Shown: piece by piece, positions 28,251 through 38,456 of the stretch
Numbering within the stretch: the stretch's first letter is position 1
Layout: every line of letters begins with the position of its first letter
IMG/VR virus record: IMGVR_UViG_3300032007_000002
Source of the DNA: a virus
Lineage: Duplodnaviria > Heunggongvirae > Uroviricota > Caudoviricetes
Reading direction: 5' to 3' (one strand)
Length of the DNA stretch: 64,000 nt
Position numbers and translations under genes: made by a program
The notes under the pieces: model-generated
Database searches by the model: none
What the model was told of the DNA's origin: nothing
What the model saw: only the letters and a program-made list of their open reading frames with translations

Positions 28251-29873
28251 ATGTACCTTAACTGTCTTCTCCACGTATCGGGCGAACGCCCGTTAGAACT
28301 TACCGAGTGGCTGGATTTCCACCTTGCCCTCGGTTTTGACTGTGTCTATGTCTACGATTCGGGGAACCGCCCCTGGATTGACGGCATTTGCGAACGTTAT
28401 GGCGAAAAGGTGCGCCTCATGCCCCGTATCGAGGGCGGGTGGACCAAGCGCCGTGACATCGTGGCCGACCACCTTTCCAAGCGCAAGAGCCCGGAATGGT
28501 GTATCTGCCTCATGGACAACGAATACGTGTGGATTGACTTCCGCCAGGTGCGCTCGCTCAAGGACTATATCCAGATAGCCGGTATGAGAACCCGCAGCAG
28601 GGCAATCACCGGCTATTTCGTCTATATGGGCGCCAAGAACCCGATGCCGAACCGCGTAGGTTCCGTCATCGACTGCTTCACCCACACTCGCCCGAACCCG
28701 CAGGGCAAGGTCGCGCCGAACGGCAAGACGCTTTTCGGTGGCGAAACCTTCTTCCTTTATGATCGCATGGGCATGCAGCCTCTCGCCGGTCCTATCCAGC
28801 CTACCTGCGCTGAATGGGTTGACGGCAACGGGGCCCGTCTGACGAAGCAGGCGCTCGATGCGGCAAACGCAAACGGCTTCAACTCCCTCAACTACGCGAT
28901 GCGTATTTACAAGTACGCGGTGCTTTCCGACAAGGAAATGAACTATGCCGTGGGTGAGGAACGCCCGGTCGGCTATACCCAGCTCGACCTCTCCATGCAG
29001 AACCTCCGCAAGTTCCTTCTCGGCGCACCGGTGGTGGAAGAGTCAGAAACGCTTTTCACCAAGCCGGCTGACTTCGACGAGGCTGCGGACGCAGTGAAGA
29101 ACGGTCCGGCCCGCACCGACACCCTGTTCGACGTGAACCTCCCGGGTCTCCCGATTACCCGCGCAAAGCTCGACCAGCTCATCCTCGAAGGCAACTACTA
29201 CGAGGACGTGGTCGAATACCTGAACGCCCGCGGCATCGAGTTCAACCAGGACATCCTTCTCAACGCGTTCGACAAGGAACGCCAGACCATTATTGACAGC
29301 TCCCCGGTATATCGCCAGGTGCAGGAACTGATCGACGACGGTCGCTCCGTCAAGGAAATCTCCAAGATTACCGGTATCGCCGAAGTGACCCTTGACCGCA
29401 TGTCCGCTGCGTTGAAGGTCCTTGATATCAGGACCGGCGTCATCACGGAAGATGTCATCGCCAAGGCAGTCGGCGCATTCGAGGAAGCCGAGGAAAAGGC
29501 CATGTCCGCAAAGGAAATCGAGCAGAACGATGCCCGGTTTGCCGAAGTCAACGCGAAGCGTGCAGCCGCGCAGAAGAAGTCCCGCGAGAACCGCGCCTTG
29601 AAGAAGGCGGGCAAGCAGGTTCAGAAGAAGACCGCCGAAGACGACCTCCCCATGGACATCCTCTCCAGCGGCGAGCAGGGAGCCCTCGACAAGGCCCTTG
29701 ACGCGCTCGGAACGGACGACGACATGCCGAGTGCGGAAGCCATCGCGGCAATCGAGGAAACCCACGAGGAAAAGGCACCGGTGACGGTAGTCATCGACCC
29801 GGTGGTTCCCGAGACGCCCGCCCCGGTCGTCGAAGCCCCGGCTGCCCCTGCCCCGAAGAAGGGTAAGAAATAG
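28251..29873 (+). CDS. GT92/GT2-like glycosyltransferase-fold domain fused to a C-terminal HTH and charged tail
   Basis: LTEWLDFHLALGFDCVYVYDS and WCICLMDNEY (DxD altered); HTH VQELIDDGRSVKEISKITGIAEVTLDRM. Confidence 0.72.
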   Translation: MYLNCLLHVSGERPLELTEWLDFHLALGFDCVYVYDSGNRPWIDGICERYGEKVRLMPRIEGGWTKRRDIVADHLSKRKSPEWCICLMDNEYVWIDFRQVRSLKDYIQIAGMRTRSRAITGYFVYMGAKNPMPNRVGSVIDCFTHTRPNPQGKVAPNGKTLFGGETFFLYDRMGMQPLAGPIQPTCAEWVDGNGARLTKQALDAANANGFNSLNYAMRIYKYAVLSDKEMNYAVGEERPVGYTQLDLSMQNLRKFLLGAPVVEESETLFTKPADFDEAADAVKNGPARTDTLFDVNLPGLPITRAKLDQLILEGNYYEDVVEYLNARGIEFNQDILLNAFDKERQTIIDSSPVYRQVQELIDDGRSVKEISKITGIAEVTLDRMSAALKVLDIRTGVITEDVIAKAVGAFEEAEEKAMSAKEIEQNDARFAEVNAKRAAAQKKSRENRALKKAGKQVQKKTAEDDLPMDILSSGEQGALDKALDALGTDDDMPSAEAIAAIEETHEEKAPVTVVIDPVVPETPAPVVEAPAAPAPKKGKK

Positions 29874-29887
29874 CATCCTCCGGGAAA

Positions 29888-29899
29888 TTTGCTATATTT
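29888..29899 (+). promoter_or_regulatory. Putative early/middle promoter TTTGCTATATTT
   Basis: Recurrent motif upstream of gp46. Confidence 0.72.
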
Positions 29900-29943
29900 T
29901 AGTGCGTAGCAATGTGCTGCGCACTTTTTATATAAGGTTAAAT

Positions 29944-32418
29944 ATGTCCCAAATCAAATTCAAGAAGCTCACATTCAGAAATTTCATGTCCTACGGGAAC
30001 ACCACGAACACGTTCGAGTTCAAGGACGGCCTGATTATGTGCTACGGCTCCAACGGTTTCGGCAAGTCCACGATCGTCGAGGCGCTCAACTTCGCGCTCT
30101 ACGGCAACTCCTACCGTGGCGGCAACAAGCCGGACCTCATCAACACGATGAACCCGGGTGCCGAACTCAGCGTGGAACTTGAATTTGCCATTTGCAAGCC
30201 TGGTACCGAGGAATGGCAGGACTGCCGCGTTATCAGGACGATGAAGGCCGGCGAAAAGAACGCCAAGGGCGAAAAGACGGTCAAGAGCAAGTTTGACCTC
30301 TTCCTCCTCGAAGACGATAGGTGGATCGTACAGAACAAGCGTGCCGGTTTCTCCCAGGACGACTTCGAGGAGAACTACCTCGGGTTCAACGAGACGCTCT
30401 TCAAGAGCAGCATCGCCTTCAATACGCAGGAAGCACAGCCGTTCATGTCGCTTCCGGCCCAGAAACGCCGTGACATCACCGAAAGCCTCATCATGATGCA
30501 GCTCGGTCCGTGGAAGAAGGCCAACAACAAGCGCCTCAACGAGGCCACCATCGCGTTCGACGTTGCTTCCAACGAATACAAGCGTCTTAACGAGACCATT
30601 GCCAACCTGGACCAGATACTTGTCCAGATGAAGGAAGAAAAGAAGGGCAACATTGCCGACATGAAGGCCGAAATCGAGCGAAACAACGCCCAGATTGAAG
30701 CCAACAAGGTCGAAGCGGCTTCAACTTTGACGCCGATTGCCGGTCATGAGCAGAAGATTGCCCTCATTCAGCAGCAGATTGACCAAAAGAACGCCGAAAA
30801 TGCCACAAAGCAGTCTGAAATTGACGGCATTGATGCAAAAAACAAGGAACTGAACACAAAGATCGTGTCGGAAACCGAGTTGAACAACCGAATTCGGGTT
30901 CTCGAAAACGGAAAGAACGCCGTTGCGATGAAGTCCAACTTCGAAACTGCATTAAATTGCGCAAAGTCTCGTCTGGCATCGGTCGAAAGCGAATATGCTG
31001 CACTCGGCAAGGACGCAATCGTCGCCGAGAAGACTGAACTGGAAAAGCAGAAGCAGGCGGCCGGCAACCGCCGCAACGAAATCGGCAACCGTGCCACCAA
31101 GCTGACGACCGAAATCTCCTTCATCGACAGTAACATCAAAGAGCTTACTCGCCAGGCAAACGAATTGAAGGCCAAGGCCGAAGCAGTGAAACCGGGTGTC
31201 CCGTGTCCGCTCTGCGGAAAACCGTCCACGGAGGATGATGTCGAGCACACCAAGGCCGAGCTCAACAAGCAGCTTGACGGGCTTCGCGAGAAGTGCCGCG
31301 GCCTGGTTATCGACAAGAAGTCCAAGCAGTCCGAAATTACTAGCGGTGCCACCGAAATTGCCAACATTGACGCCAATGTTGCCCAGATTGACCAGCGCCT
31401 TACCGAAATCGGGTTCAAGATTTCCGAAATCGGCGTGTTCGAAAACAGTTCGCTCTATCCGGCAAGGGCTGCCGTGAAGAACGCCCAGGACAGCTATGAC
31501 GGCTGCCTTGAAACGATTGCAAAAATGGGCATCGAGGTCAGCGCCATCGAGAGCGAGCTCGCCTCGATTTCCGCCTCGTTCGCAAACAACAATGCGATCC
31601 GTGAAGAAATCCACATGAACAACGATGCCATATCGCAGATCCGCACGGCAATCGCATCCAACGGCATAACAATTTCCGACCTCAAGGGAGAAATCAACGA
31701 AATCCGTTCAACGATTTCTTCTATCCGCTCCCAGCACGACAGCATCCTTTCCCGCAACACGCAGATTGAGGATCGCAACTCCGACATTGCGAAGAAGATT
31801 GCCGAAATGGAAAGCGCCGACGCAAGCGACGCTGTCGGGACGACGGAACGTAGCCTTGCTAATGCGAAGCGTGACCGCGATGCCGCCCGTGACCGCATGA
31901 ACGAAACGAGCGACACGAAGGCAATCTGCAATGCGATTACTGAACTCTGCGCCGATGACGGCATGAAGAAGATGGTGTTTGACGTGTTCATCCCGAGCTT
32001 CAACAAGGCGGTTGCCCACAACCTCCTCCGCACCAACCTTCCGGTCACGATTAAGTTTGACGGCAAGATGGACTATACATACGAAGGCGGTCCTGGCATC
32101 GCCCCGACCTACAAGCAGTTGTCCCAGGGCCAGCAGCGCAAGGTCGGTTTCGCAATCGCCATGGCGTTCCGTGACTTCGCTGCCATGCTCGGTAACTTCA
32201 AGCTGAACTTCATCAGTTTCGACGAAGTCATCGACCAGTCCACTGACGACAACGCAATGCGCGAAATGCTTGAAATGATCCGCGGCATGGTGCCCGACAT
32301 CGGCTGCGCCTTTGTTATCACCCACCGTGGCGGCGTTGTTCGCGACCTTTTCGACTACAAGCTCGAAGTCAAGAACAATGGCGCATACTCTCGCCTTGGC
32401 GAGCTCGAAGCAATTTAA
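29944..32418 (+). CDS. gp46: gp46 / Rad50-SbcC-like ATPase
   Basis: FRNFMSYGN, Walker A GSNGFGKST, zinc hook CPLC, signature LSQGQ, Walker B FDE, ITH. Confidence 0.92.
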   Translation: MSQIKFKKLTFRNFMSYGNTTNTFEFKDGLIMCYGSNGFGKSTIVEALNFALYGNSYRGGNKPDLINTMNPGAELSVELEFAICKPGTEEWQDCRVIRTMKAGEKNAKGEKTVKSKFDLFLLEDDRWIVQNKRAGFSQDDFEENYLGFNETLFKSSIAFNTQEAQPFMSLPAQKRRDITESLIMMQLGPWKKANNKRLNEATIAFDVASNEYKRLNETIANLDQILVQMKEEKKGNIADMKAEIERNNAQIEANKVEAASTLTPIAGHEQKIALIQQQIDQKNAENATKQSEIDGIDAKNKELNTKIVSETELNNRIRVLENGKNAVAMKSNFETALNCAKSRLASVESEYAALGKDAIVAEKTELEKQKQAAGNRRNEIGNRATKLTTEISFIDSNIKELTRQANELKAKAEAVKPGVPCPLCGKPSTEDDVEHTKAELNKQLDGLREKCRGLVIDKKSKQSEITSGATEIANIDANVAQIDQRLTEIGFKISEIGVFENSSLYPARAAVKNAQDSYDGCLETIAKMGIEVSAIESELASISASFANNNAIREEIHMNNDAISQIRTAIASNGITISDLKGEINEIRSTISSIRSQHDSILSRNTQIEDRNSDIAKKIAEMESADASDAVGTTERSLANAKRDRDAARDRMNETSDTKAICNAITELCADDGMKKMVFDVFIPSFNKAVAHNLLRTNLPVTIKFDGKMDYTYEGGPGIAPTYKQLSQGQQRKVGFAIAMAFRDFAAMLGNFKLNFISFDEVIDQSTDDNAMREMLEMIRGMVPDIGCAFVITHRGGVVRDLFDYKLEVKNNGAYSRLGELEAI

Positions 32419-32429
32419 GGAGGCCAGAC

Positions 32430-33170
32430 ATGGCAACACGTTCCAAGAAGGTTCTGACGGAAATCACCAAGGCGCTTGACACGCCGAAGAAACCGTCTGT
32501 CAAGAAAAAGACTGACGTCAAACGCGTCAAACCTGCCGGCGCAGCTACGGTGGGCCAGGAACCCCCGGTTGGCACTGCCCAGGAACGGCTTGACCGCAAG
32601 CTGTCCGCGAAGTATGCCCCGCCGGTCCAGCAAATTTTCGACAAGGGCGCCGACCGCATGCGTTCCGAGTTCGAAAAGGCTACCAAGAACGGCGAAAACA
32701 TTCAGCCCGGATTCCAGACGGTTTTCCAGGACACTTGCCAATTCCAGACGGCGGTGGCGACTGACCTAAATGGGAACCCCATCCAGGTCACCCCCGAGAA
32801 CATGCTTCCCAATGGCGACAAGTTCCGGGTTGCGGGCCAGGTTCCTGACCAGGCAGCAGCCGACGTGCGTCCGAATACGGCCCTGCCTGCACGGATTTTT
32901 GCCCTCGCGCTGAGCGGACTGTCCGGGATGGGCGAGTTTACGATTACACAGAATGACGACCGGACGGTCTTGCGGCTGATAATCGGGGAGCATTTGACGA
33001 TTGAGTATGCAATGCCTGACGACATCCTCTCGATTAAGGCCGATTTCGTGTCTGCCGGACATAACTGCAAGTTCACGGGTACCTATACCGGCAAGTCGGG
33101 TGGCGCTGTCAAGTGTATACGCGACAGCATGACGGAGCAGATGCACAGGGTCTATTCGGCTCACGAATAG
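32430..33170 (+). CDS. Hypothetical protein with basic N-terminus (246 aa)
   Basis: AAGGAGG SD; followed by a terminator. Confidence 0.75.
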   Translation: MATRSKKVLTEITKALDTPKKPSVKKKTDVKRVKPAGAATVGQEPPVGTAQERLDRKLSAKYAPPVQQIFDKGADRMRSEFEKATKNGENIQPGFQTVFQDTCQFQTAVATDLNGNPIQVTPENMLPNGDKFRVAGQVPDQAAADVRPNTALPARIFALALSGLSGMGEFTITQNDDRTVLRLIIGEHLTIEYAMPDDILSIKADFVSAGHNCKFTGTYTGKSGGAVKCIRDSMTEQMHRVYSAHE

Positions 33171-33191
33171 CAAGAACTTGGTGTGGAGTGG

Positions 33192-33219
33192 GGTGTCCCG
33201 GAGTTCCGGGGCACCTTTT
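33192..33219 (+). terminator. Intrinsic terminator ending the replication block
   Basis: GGTGTCCCGG-agtt-CCGGGGCACC-TTTT. Confidence 0.78.
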
Positions 33220-33223
33220 CCGT

Positions 33224-33232
33224 TATAAACTA
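33224..33232 (+). promoter_or_regulatory. Putative late promoter TATAAACTA
   Basis: Exact motif right after the terminator; supports a true start at 33272 rather than 33113. Confidence 0.78.
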
Positions 33233-33271
33233 GGGGTATCTTCGATTTTAGCACCCGAACCCCGGTTTCCG

Positions 33272-36200
33272 ATGTCCCAACTCTACGATTACGAGAAGTA
33301 TTACAAGCCGATGAAGGCCACCGCGAAGGTCAAGCTGGACCTTAGTGGCCTCCCGCTGAAAACGCTCGCGTCTATACAGGACGAGGAGGGCGAGACCACC
33401 CTCAATGAAAGGGTGACGAACAACGTGATGGAGTATGTCCAGAAAATCACGGCAGCCGCCTCTACCGGGTCCGAGGTGATGCTTCTCGGGAATGTCGCAA
33501 GCGCCACGAACCGGGTGATACACCTTCACTGGACAACTACGACTGCGGGCAGCACGCCGGAGAATACGGACGTGTTCGTTGCCGCGGGTTTCGTCGCCGA
33601 TGACCTCGTGAAGAGTGGCATCGTCAGGGCGAACACCACCCCTTACCGCAGGAAGCCGGACACGCTTGTAAACGGGCAGGCCATCAGGCTCCCCGATGAC
33701 GGCCCGTCCGATACCCATAGCCCGCTGGCGATCACGCTGGAAACCTATACCGCCGACAGCCCGTTCCCGGTAGTCACCGCCGTGTCTTCCGTGACGTTTG
33801 AGTATATCCCCCGCTATCTCCTGATGGTGGACAAGGACACCCTGCAGCAGTCACAGAATTTCAGCTGGATCAACAATGTCCACGTATATCGCGCCGCGCT
33901 CGGGTGTCTCGGGTTTGACCGTGTCCGCGAGCATGGCCGGAAATGGTTTACCAAGACTGCCCCGAAGGACAGGAAGGCGATTACCGGGTATGACGCGTTG
34001 CAGAAGACGCTGAAATACATGTCCCCGTTCTACAACGATGGCGGCATGGGCCTGGAAGTTGTTTACTACGACGACAAGTTCAAGCAGCCCGTCACCGTGG
34101 ACGCGCCTACCCGCGAGGAATGGCAGCTGGACCGTAATGCCGCGAGGGCCAAGCTGAAAGCTCACATGCGCGATGCGGCATCGAAGGATCTTGGCTACAC
34201 GCTTACCTCGATGAAGGGCGGCACGAAGTTCTCCGCCCTCGGCAGTATGCTGGGAACGGATTCTAGCGGCTGGATTAACGAGAAGAACAGGATTTACGCC
34301 GAGGTTGCCGATTCCGACGTTGTTGCACAGGGTGGCGAGGTTGATTACAGCAAGAAGCTCGTGAGTTCCCTTGCCGGGACCGAGGAGACCGGTGGTACCG
34401 GCACCGCGCTCATCCCGAACGTGTGCGACGCGTTCAAGGCGTTCTACTACAGTAAGGAAGAACTGCGTTCCATGCTTGCCGATGCACTCACCGAGACCGC
34501 GGACGAGTTCAAGAACGCCCATGGGACACCCGGCTCGGCCAGGGCCGCACTGCGTTCTTTCTTTGGCGCGGTGGCGGAGAGCGCGTTCCTGCTCAACACG
34601 GACGGTGTCGGCAAGTATGCGCTCGACCTCGGGGAAATCCGCAGGTCGCTCTATACGGTCGGCCGCAGCAAGCAGGACTATGCCGGGATTGGCTACTACG
34701 TGGATGACGATACGGCCGAAATCAGCCTTCGCCTGCGTGCGCTCAGCATCCGCGGGGCGAACGAGTATGCGACCGACTATACTGGGTATGACACGAAGGA
34801 CGGCTATGGCCGTAACGTCCCGGTGATTGCCGGGCCGGCGTGCCTTTATGCCAACAAGGGCGGGCGCAATGTCGTATGGGCCGGATCCGTAAGCGAAACC
34901 GATTTCTGGAAGTATCACCCGACGATGTATTACGATGGCATCAATACCTACGAGGATTACATCCGCGAGAAGGTAAGCTCCAAGGTGGACGCGTCGTATA
35001 TCAAGGCGATACTGTTGGCATGGTATGTCGAGTGGGTGTCGAACGTAAGCACAAAGAACAGCAGCAGCATTTCGATAGACCAGGCATATAGCCGTATATG
35101 GGAAAGCGTCGAGGACTTTGACCGCGATTCCAGCTTTGTCAGGAACCATGCTGCGGTCAAGGCGACCATGGCGAAGTACCCGTATGCGGGTGGCATGATT
35201 TCCGTGGTGCGGGCGAAGGTTTCGTCTATTTCCTATGATTACGTGACCTGGTATGTTGGCGGCGGGTATATTACTGCCCGGTGCGACATCACTGCGCCCG
35301 ACGGATCGCTATATACGGTGGGTGCGGGCAACGACACTGCGCACTGCCGGATGAACAGCATCAACTATGCGACGTTCTATTCACCATACGGGTTCAGTGT
35401 CTATACGCTTGCCCAGTTCGCGACCGAGGCTGCTATCCTCATCAGGGGCATGCGCGACGCGAGCGCTTCCGGGGCCGTTGCCAATGTCCATTCCTGGTAC
35501 CCGGTGAACGACAACTGGAAACTTACCGGGGAGTTTACCGTGCTCGGCGTGGACGAGACGGAATTTCCGCTGGGCGAAGCCCTGTTCAATACTGACGGGA
35601 AGCGGTATGTGACTGGCCTGGACTATTATGCGTCGGCGCATAACCAGTATGACGACGATATTGACTTGAACGATGTTGACGTGTCCATGCCGTATTTTGT
35701 CGATACGGTCATGTGGGCATACAAGAAGATGCTCGCCGGATGGCGCGACTGGCTCGACGACTTGAAGGTGAAACTGTTTGCCGGTTCCCTTATCGGGGGT
35801 GCCGCGGCTGCAGCTGCATCCGTCCTCGAATTTACTACGCGCAAGGAAGAATACGAGGACGCGAAGGATGCGTTCGGGCGGTTGAAGACTGCCATCGAGC
35901 GTATTCGCTACTACGAGTATATCACCCATGAAAGCGTGTTTAACAACAAGTCGAGCATGTATGGCGGTTTCGCCGGGCTCAACTTCAAGATGGTTCCGGC
36001 CAGGTTCATGGTCGCCGTGTCGATGTACAAGAAGGTGCGCAAGCGCTACCGTCGGTTCGGGTTTACCCGTCACCGCATGGTGAAACAGTTCATCGGCATC
36101 CGCTGGGCGGAAGTCCGCATGATAGACACGAACATCTATGCGGAATATCCGCAGCTTGTGGACGATACCTATACTGTCTATCCGGTCGGCCAGACTGCCA

Positions 36201-38440
36201 CCATTACGGGAAATTCTACCGACGGCTATGTCGTTACCGTACCGTCCGCAATCGAGGGCGAGGGCGATGCCAAGCCGGGCGACATTTCCGGGCAGGGTGA
36301 GGTAGTTCTTGACCTGATGGCGTCTGACGGGTACGTCTATTCCTATGGCGCTACGCCGGACGGGGACTTGATCTACTACATCACGGACGATGACTTCGTC
36401 GCATCCGATTTCGCATCGGGTGCCATGTTGCTCAATGTGAAGGTCCCGCTCCCCGCGAGCAAGGACGACGACAGCCGCACTACGGTAGAGCTGCGTTACG
36501 ACATGCCGTCCCTCCCGAGGGCGTCGGAAATCCGCCATCGCGCATTTGTGGACTATGGCCCGTTCGACCAGTCCAGATATGCAATCGTTGACCGTGCGGG
36601 TGACGTTTACAAGGGCCACATGGACGGCAACGGGAAATTTATCTATGACACCGACATGGACGGCAACCTGATACCTGTCGTTGACAGGGTGGACGGCTGG
36701 CGCATATTCCACGAGAGCAGCATGAACATTGCCGACATGCGCAAGGGAATGGGAGTGTTCGACGCTGCCGCGAGCCTGCTCGGTATTCTCCGCGCGGAGT
36801 TCGGCGACAAGCGCGTCGAACTGTGCGAGACGATGCGTTCTGCAGAGGACGAGGCGCAGATTTGCTCCGGCGGGCCGGAGTCTGCGTTCCTGTCATGGCA
36901 TAACTATGGTCTCGGCATAAAGATTTTGATCTATCAGGACGACCTGCGGACGCCTATTGCGGAAGACAGCGACGATTTCAGGAAGCTGATTGACATTGCG
37001 GAAGCGTTCACGGAAGACGCCCGCGAGGCGAAGGTCTGCCCGAAACCGCTCAATGTCGTGTGGTGTGGCCGTCTTGTCATGGGCGCCAATATCTTCTGCT
37101 GGGAGTTTCTCCCGATTGGCGTGGAGCACAGGGATGCCCCGAAGTTCCGCGAGGCGCTGCTTGAACGGATGGATCCGGTCGAACGGTGTTCGTTCGTGAA
37201 CGTCGATGCCAAGGGCTATGTGACGGCGGACCCACCGAAGGACCGCGTCCCGTATATCCTGTCCGGCTCGGAAACCTACCGGGATGCGGAACAGGTGAAT
37301 GGCCAGCACTACGTCGATCCGGTGAAGGTGGTGAACTATGTCCAGACACAGGTCCATCACGACCTTCCGCTGATTAACGTCATCGAGTTCATCAAGATGA
37401 TGCAGTTGAAGATGGCTGCGAACGGCAGCACCCTGACCGACCGCGCGAACATCTATGAATGGAAGTCGGTGAATGAGACCGCGTTCCGCCAGCTGGTCAT
37501 GTATTTCGGCATGGTCGGGAACCTCAGCGGTGCGCAGTCGCTCATATCCGGTGACTTCGTGGAGAGCTACCAGACAATCGTCGATATGTATTACACGACC
37601 GACATCGTGGAGTTCGTCAAGGCGATGCTGGGCAACCTCTACTCTTCGGCGAAGGTGTTCCTTACCGATGTCGGCGACGGTGGCGCGTACATCTCGCTTG
37701 CTGATGGCCGCATCCATGTGTTCGGCGAGAGCACCCGTTCCGCCTATGACCAGAACTACGGCGGCAACGTGTTCGGCGAACGCCAGGTCACCCCGACCAA
37801 GCTCGTCCGAGGTATCGAGCGCGATGGCGTGTTCTACACGGTTGAGGAAGCGAAGGCTCTCGGCATGAATGTGGAATATGTCAGCGACGGTCCGGTGCTC
37901 AGCGGCTACACGATTAACGCCGACGGCTCGGTGACCATTGACGGTGGCGATGCCCAGCTTCTCCATGCCCTTGCCGCAAGCCAGATCAAGGAACAGTACG
38001 AGAAGCTGAAATCCAGGTTCGAGGATTATGGCGGCGCGGTGATGTATGACCATTTTGCCGACGGTCCGAACGCCAACAATGCCGACATGCTGGAAAACGA
38101 GTTCGGCATTATTGCCGGGCAGACGCTGATGAGTTTCGATGCCCTCCGTGCGATGGTTGACAAGTCGGACATCAACGGTTCCGGGAACACTTTGGGAACA
38201 GGCGCGGGCAAGTTGAGCGACGACAGCTACGGCGACCTCGACGGCAACGGCAACCCGCTCGAAAGCGTGTTCGAAAAGGTCGTGTCCAATGCACAGCTTT
38301 CCGGTGTCCGGCTGGCGAGCCTGACCAGGGAACATGTTACCGAGGTCCCGAGATCCAATGGCCTGAGTGTCGAGCGCATCTATGCCATTCTCACCAACGG
38401 AAAGAAGGTGATGGGCAACGATTTGATGCGAAGGAAATAA
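33272..38440 (+). CDS. Very large late protein (1722 aa) with a degenerate M15 peptidase-like domain; probable baseplate/tail component
   Basis: Late promoter; ETMRS...SWHNYGLGIKI...VWCGR near 36820-37110. Confidence 0.7.
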   Translation: MSQLYDYEKYYKPMKATAKVKLDLSGLPLKTLASIQDEEGETTLNERVTNNVMEYVQKITAAASTGSEVMLLGNVASATNRVIHLHWTTTTAGSTPENTDVFVAAGFVADDLVKSGIVRANTTPYRRKPDTLVNGQAIRLPDDGPSDTHSPLAITLETYTADSPFPVVTAVSSVTFEYIPRYLLMVDKDTLQQSQNFSWINNVHVYRAALGCLGFDRVREHGRKWFTKTAPKDRKAITGYDALQKTLKYMSPFYNDGGMGLEVVYYDDKFKQPVTVDAPTREEWQLDRNAARAKLKAHMRDAASKDLGYTLTSMKGGTKFSALGSMLGTDSSGWINEKNRIYAEVADSDVVAQGGEVDYSKKLVSSLAGTEETGGTGTALIPNVCDAFKAFYYSKEELRSMLADALTETADEFKNAHGTPGSARAALRSFFGAVAESAFLLNTDGVGKYALDLGEIRRSLYTVGRSKQDYAGIGYYVDDDTAEISLRLRALSIRGANEYATDYTGYDTKDGYGRNVPVIAGPACLYANKGGRNVVWAGSVSETDFWKYHPTMYYDGINTYEDYIREKVSSKVDASYIKAILLAWYVEWVSNVSTKNSSSISIDQAYSRIWESVEDFDRDSSFVRNHAAVKATMAKYPYAGGMISVVRAKVSSISYDYVTWYVGGGYITARCDITAPDGSLYTVGAGNDTAHCRMNSINYATFYSPYGFSVYTLAQFATEAAILIRGMRDASASGAVANVHSWYPVNDNWKLTGEFTVLGVDETEFPLGEALFNTDGKRYVTGLDYYASAHNQYDDDIDLNDVDVSMPYFVDTVMWAYKKMLAGWRDWLDDLKVKLFAGSLIGGAAAAAASVLEFTTRKEEYEDAKDAFGRLKTAIERIRYYEYITHESVFNNKSSMYGGFAGLNFKMVPARFMVAVSMYKKVRKRYRRFGFTRHRMVKQFIGIRWAEVRMIDTNIYAEYPQLVDDTYTVYPVGQTATITGNSTDGYVVTVPSAIEGEGDAKPGDISGQGEVVLDLMASDGYVYSYGATPDGDLIYYITDDDFVASDFASGAMLLNVKVPLPASKDDDSRTTVELRYDMPSLPRASEIRHRAFVDYGPFDQSRYAIVDRAGDVYKGHMDGNGKFIYDTDMDGNLIPVVDRVDGWRIFHESSMNIADMRKGMGVFDAAASLLGILRAEFGDKRVELCETMRSAEDEAQICSGGPESAFLSWHNYGLGIKILIYQDDLRTPIAEDSDDFRKLIDIAEAFTEDAREAKVCPKPLNVVWCGRLVMGANIFCWEFLPIGVEHRDAPKFREALLERMDPVERCSFVNVDAKGYVTADPPKDRVPYILSGSETYRDAEQVNGQHYVDPVKVVNYVQTQVHHDLPLINVIEFIKMMQLKMAANGSTLTDRANIYEWKSVNETAFRQLVMYFGMVGNLSGAQSLISGDFVESYQTIVDMYYTTDIVEFVKAMLGNLYSSAKVFLTDVGDGGAYISLADGRIHVFGESTRSAYDQNYGGNVFGERQVTPTKLVRGIERDGVFYTVEEAKALGMNVEYVSDGPVLSGYTINADGSVTIDGGDAQLLHALAASQIKEQYEKLKSRFEDYGGAVMYDHFADGPNANNADMLENEFGIIAGQTLMSFDALRAMVDKSDINGSGNTLGTGAGKLSDDSYGDLDGNGNPLESVFEKVVSNAQLSGVRLASLTREHVTEVPRSNGLSVERIYAILTNGKKVMGNDLMRRK

Positions 38441-38456
38441 TTTGTAGATTTGGAAT

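Noticed and set aside
33113-33271. Upstream-extended starts in the ORF track (33113, 28074, 26103, 50140, 54811, 19797, 23211)
   Set aside because: They overlap upstream genes, terminators or promoter motifs; downstream ATGs fit better.
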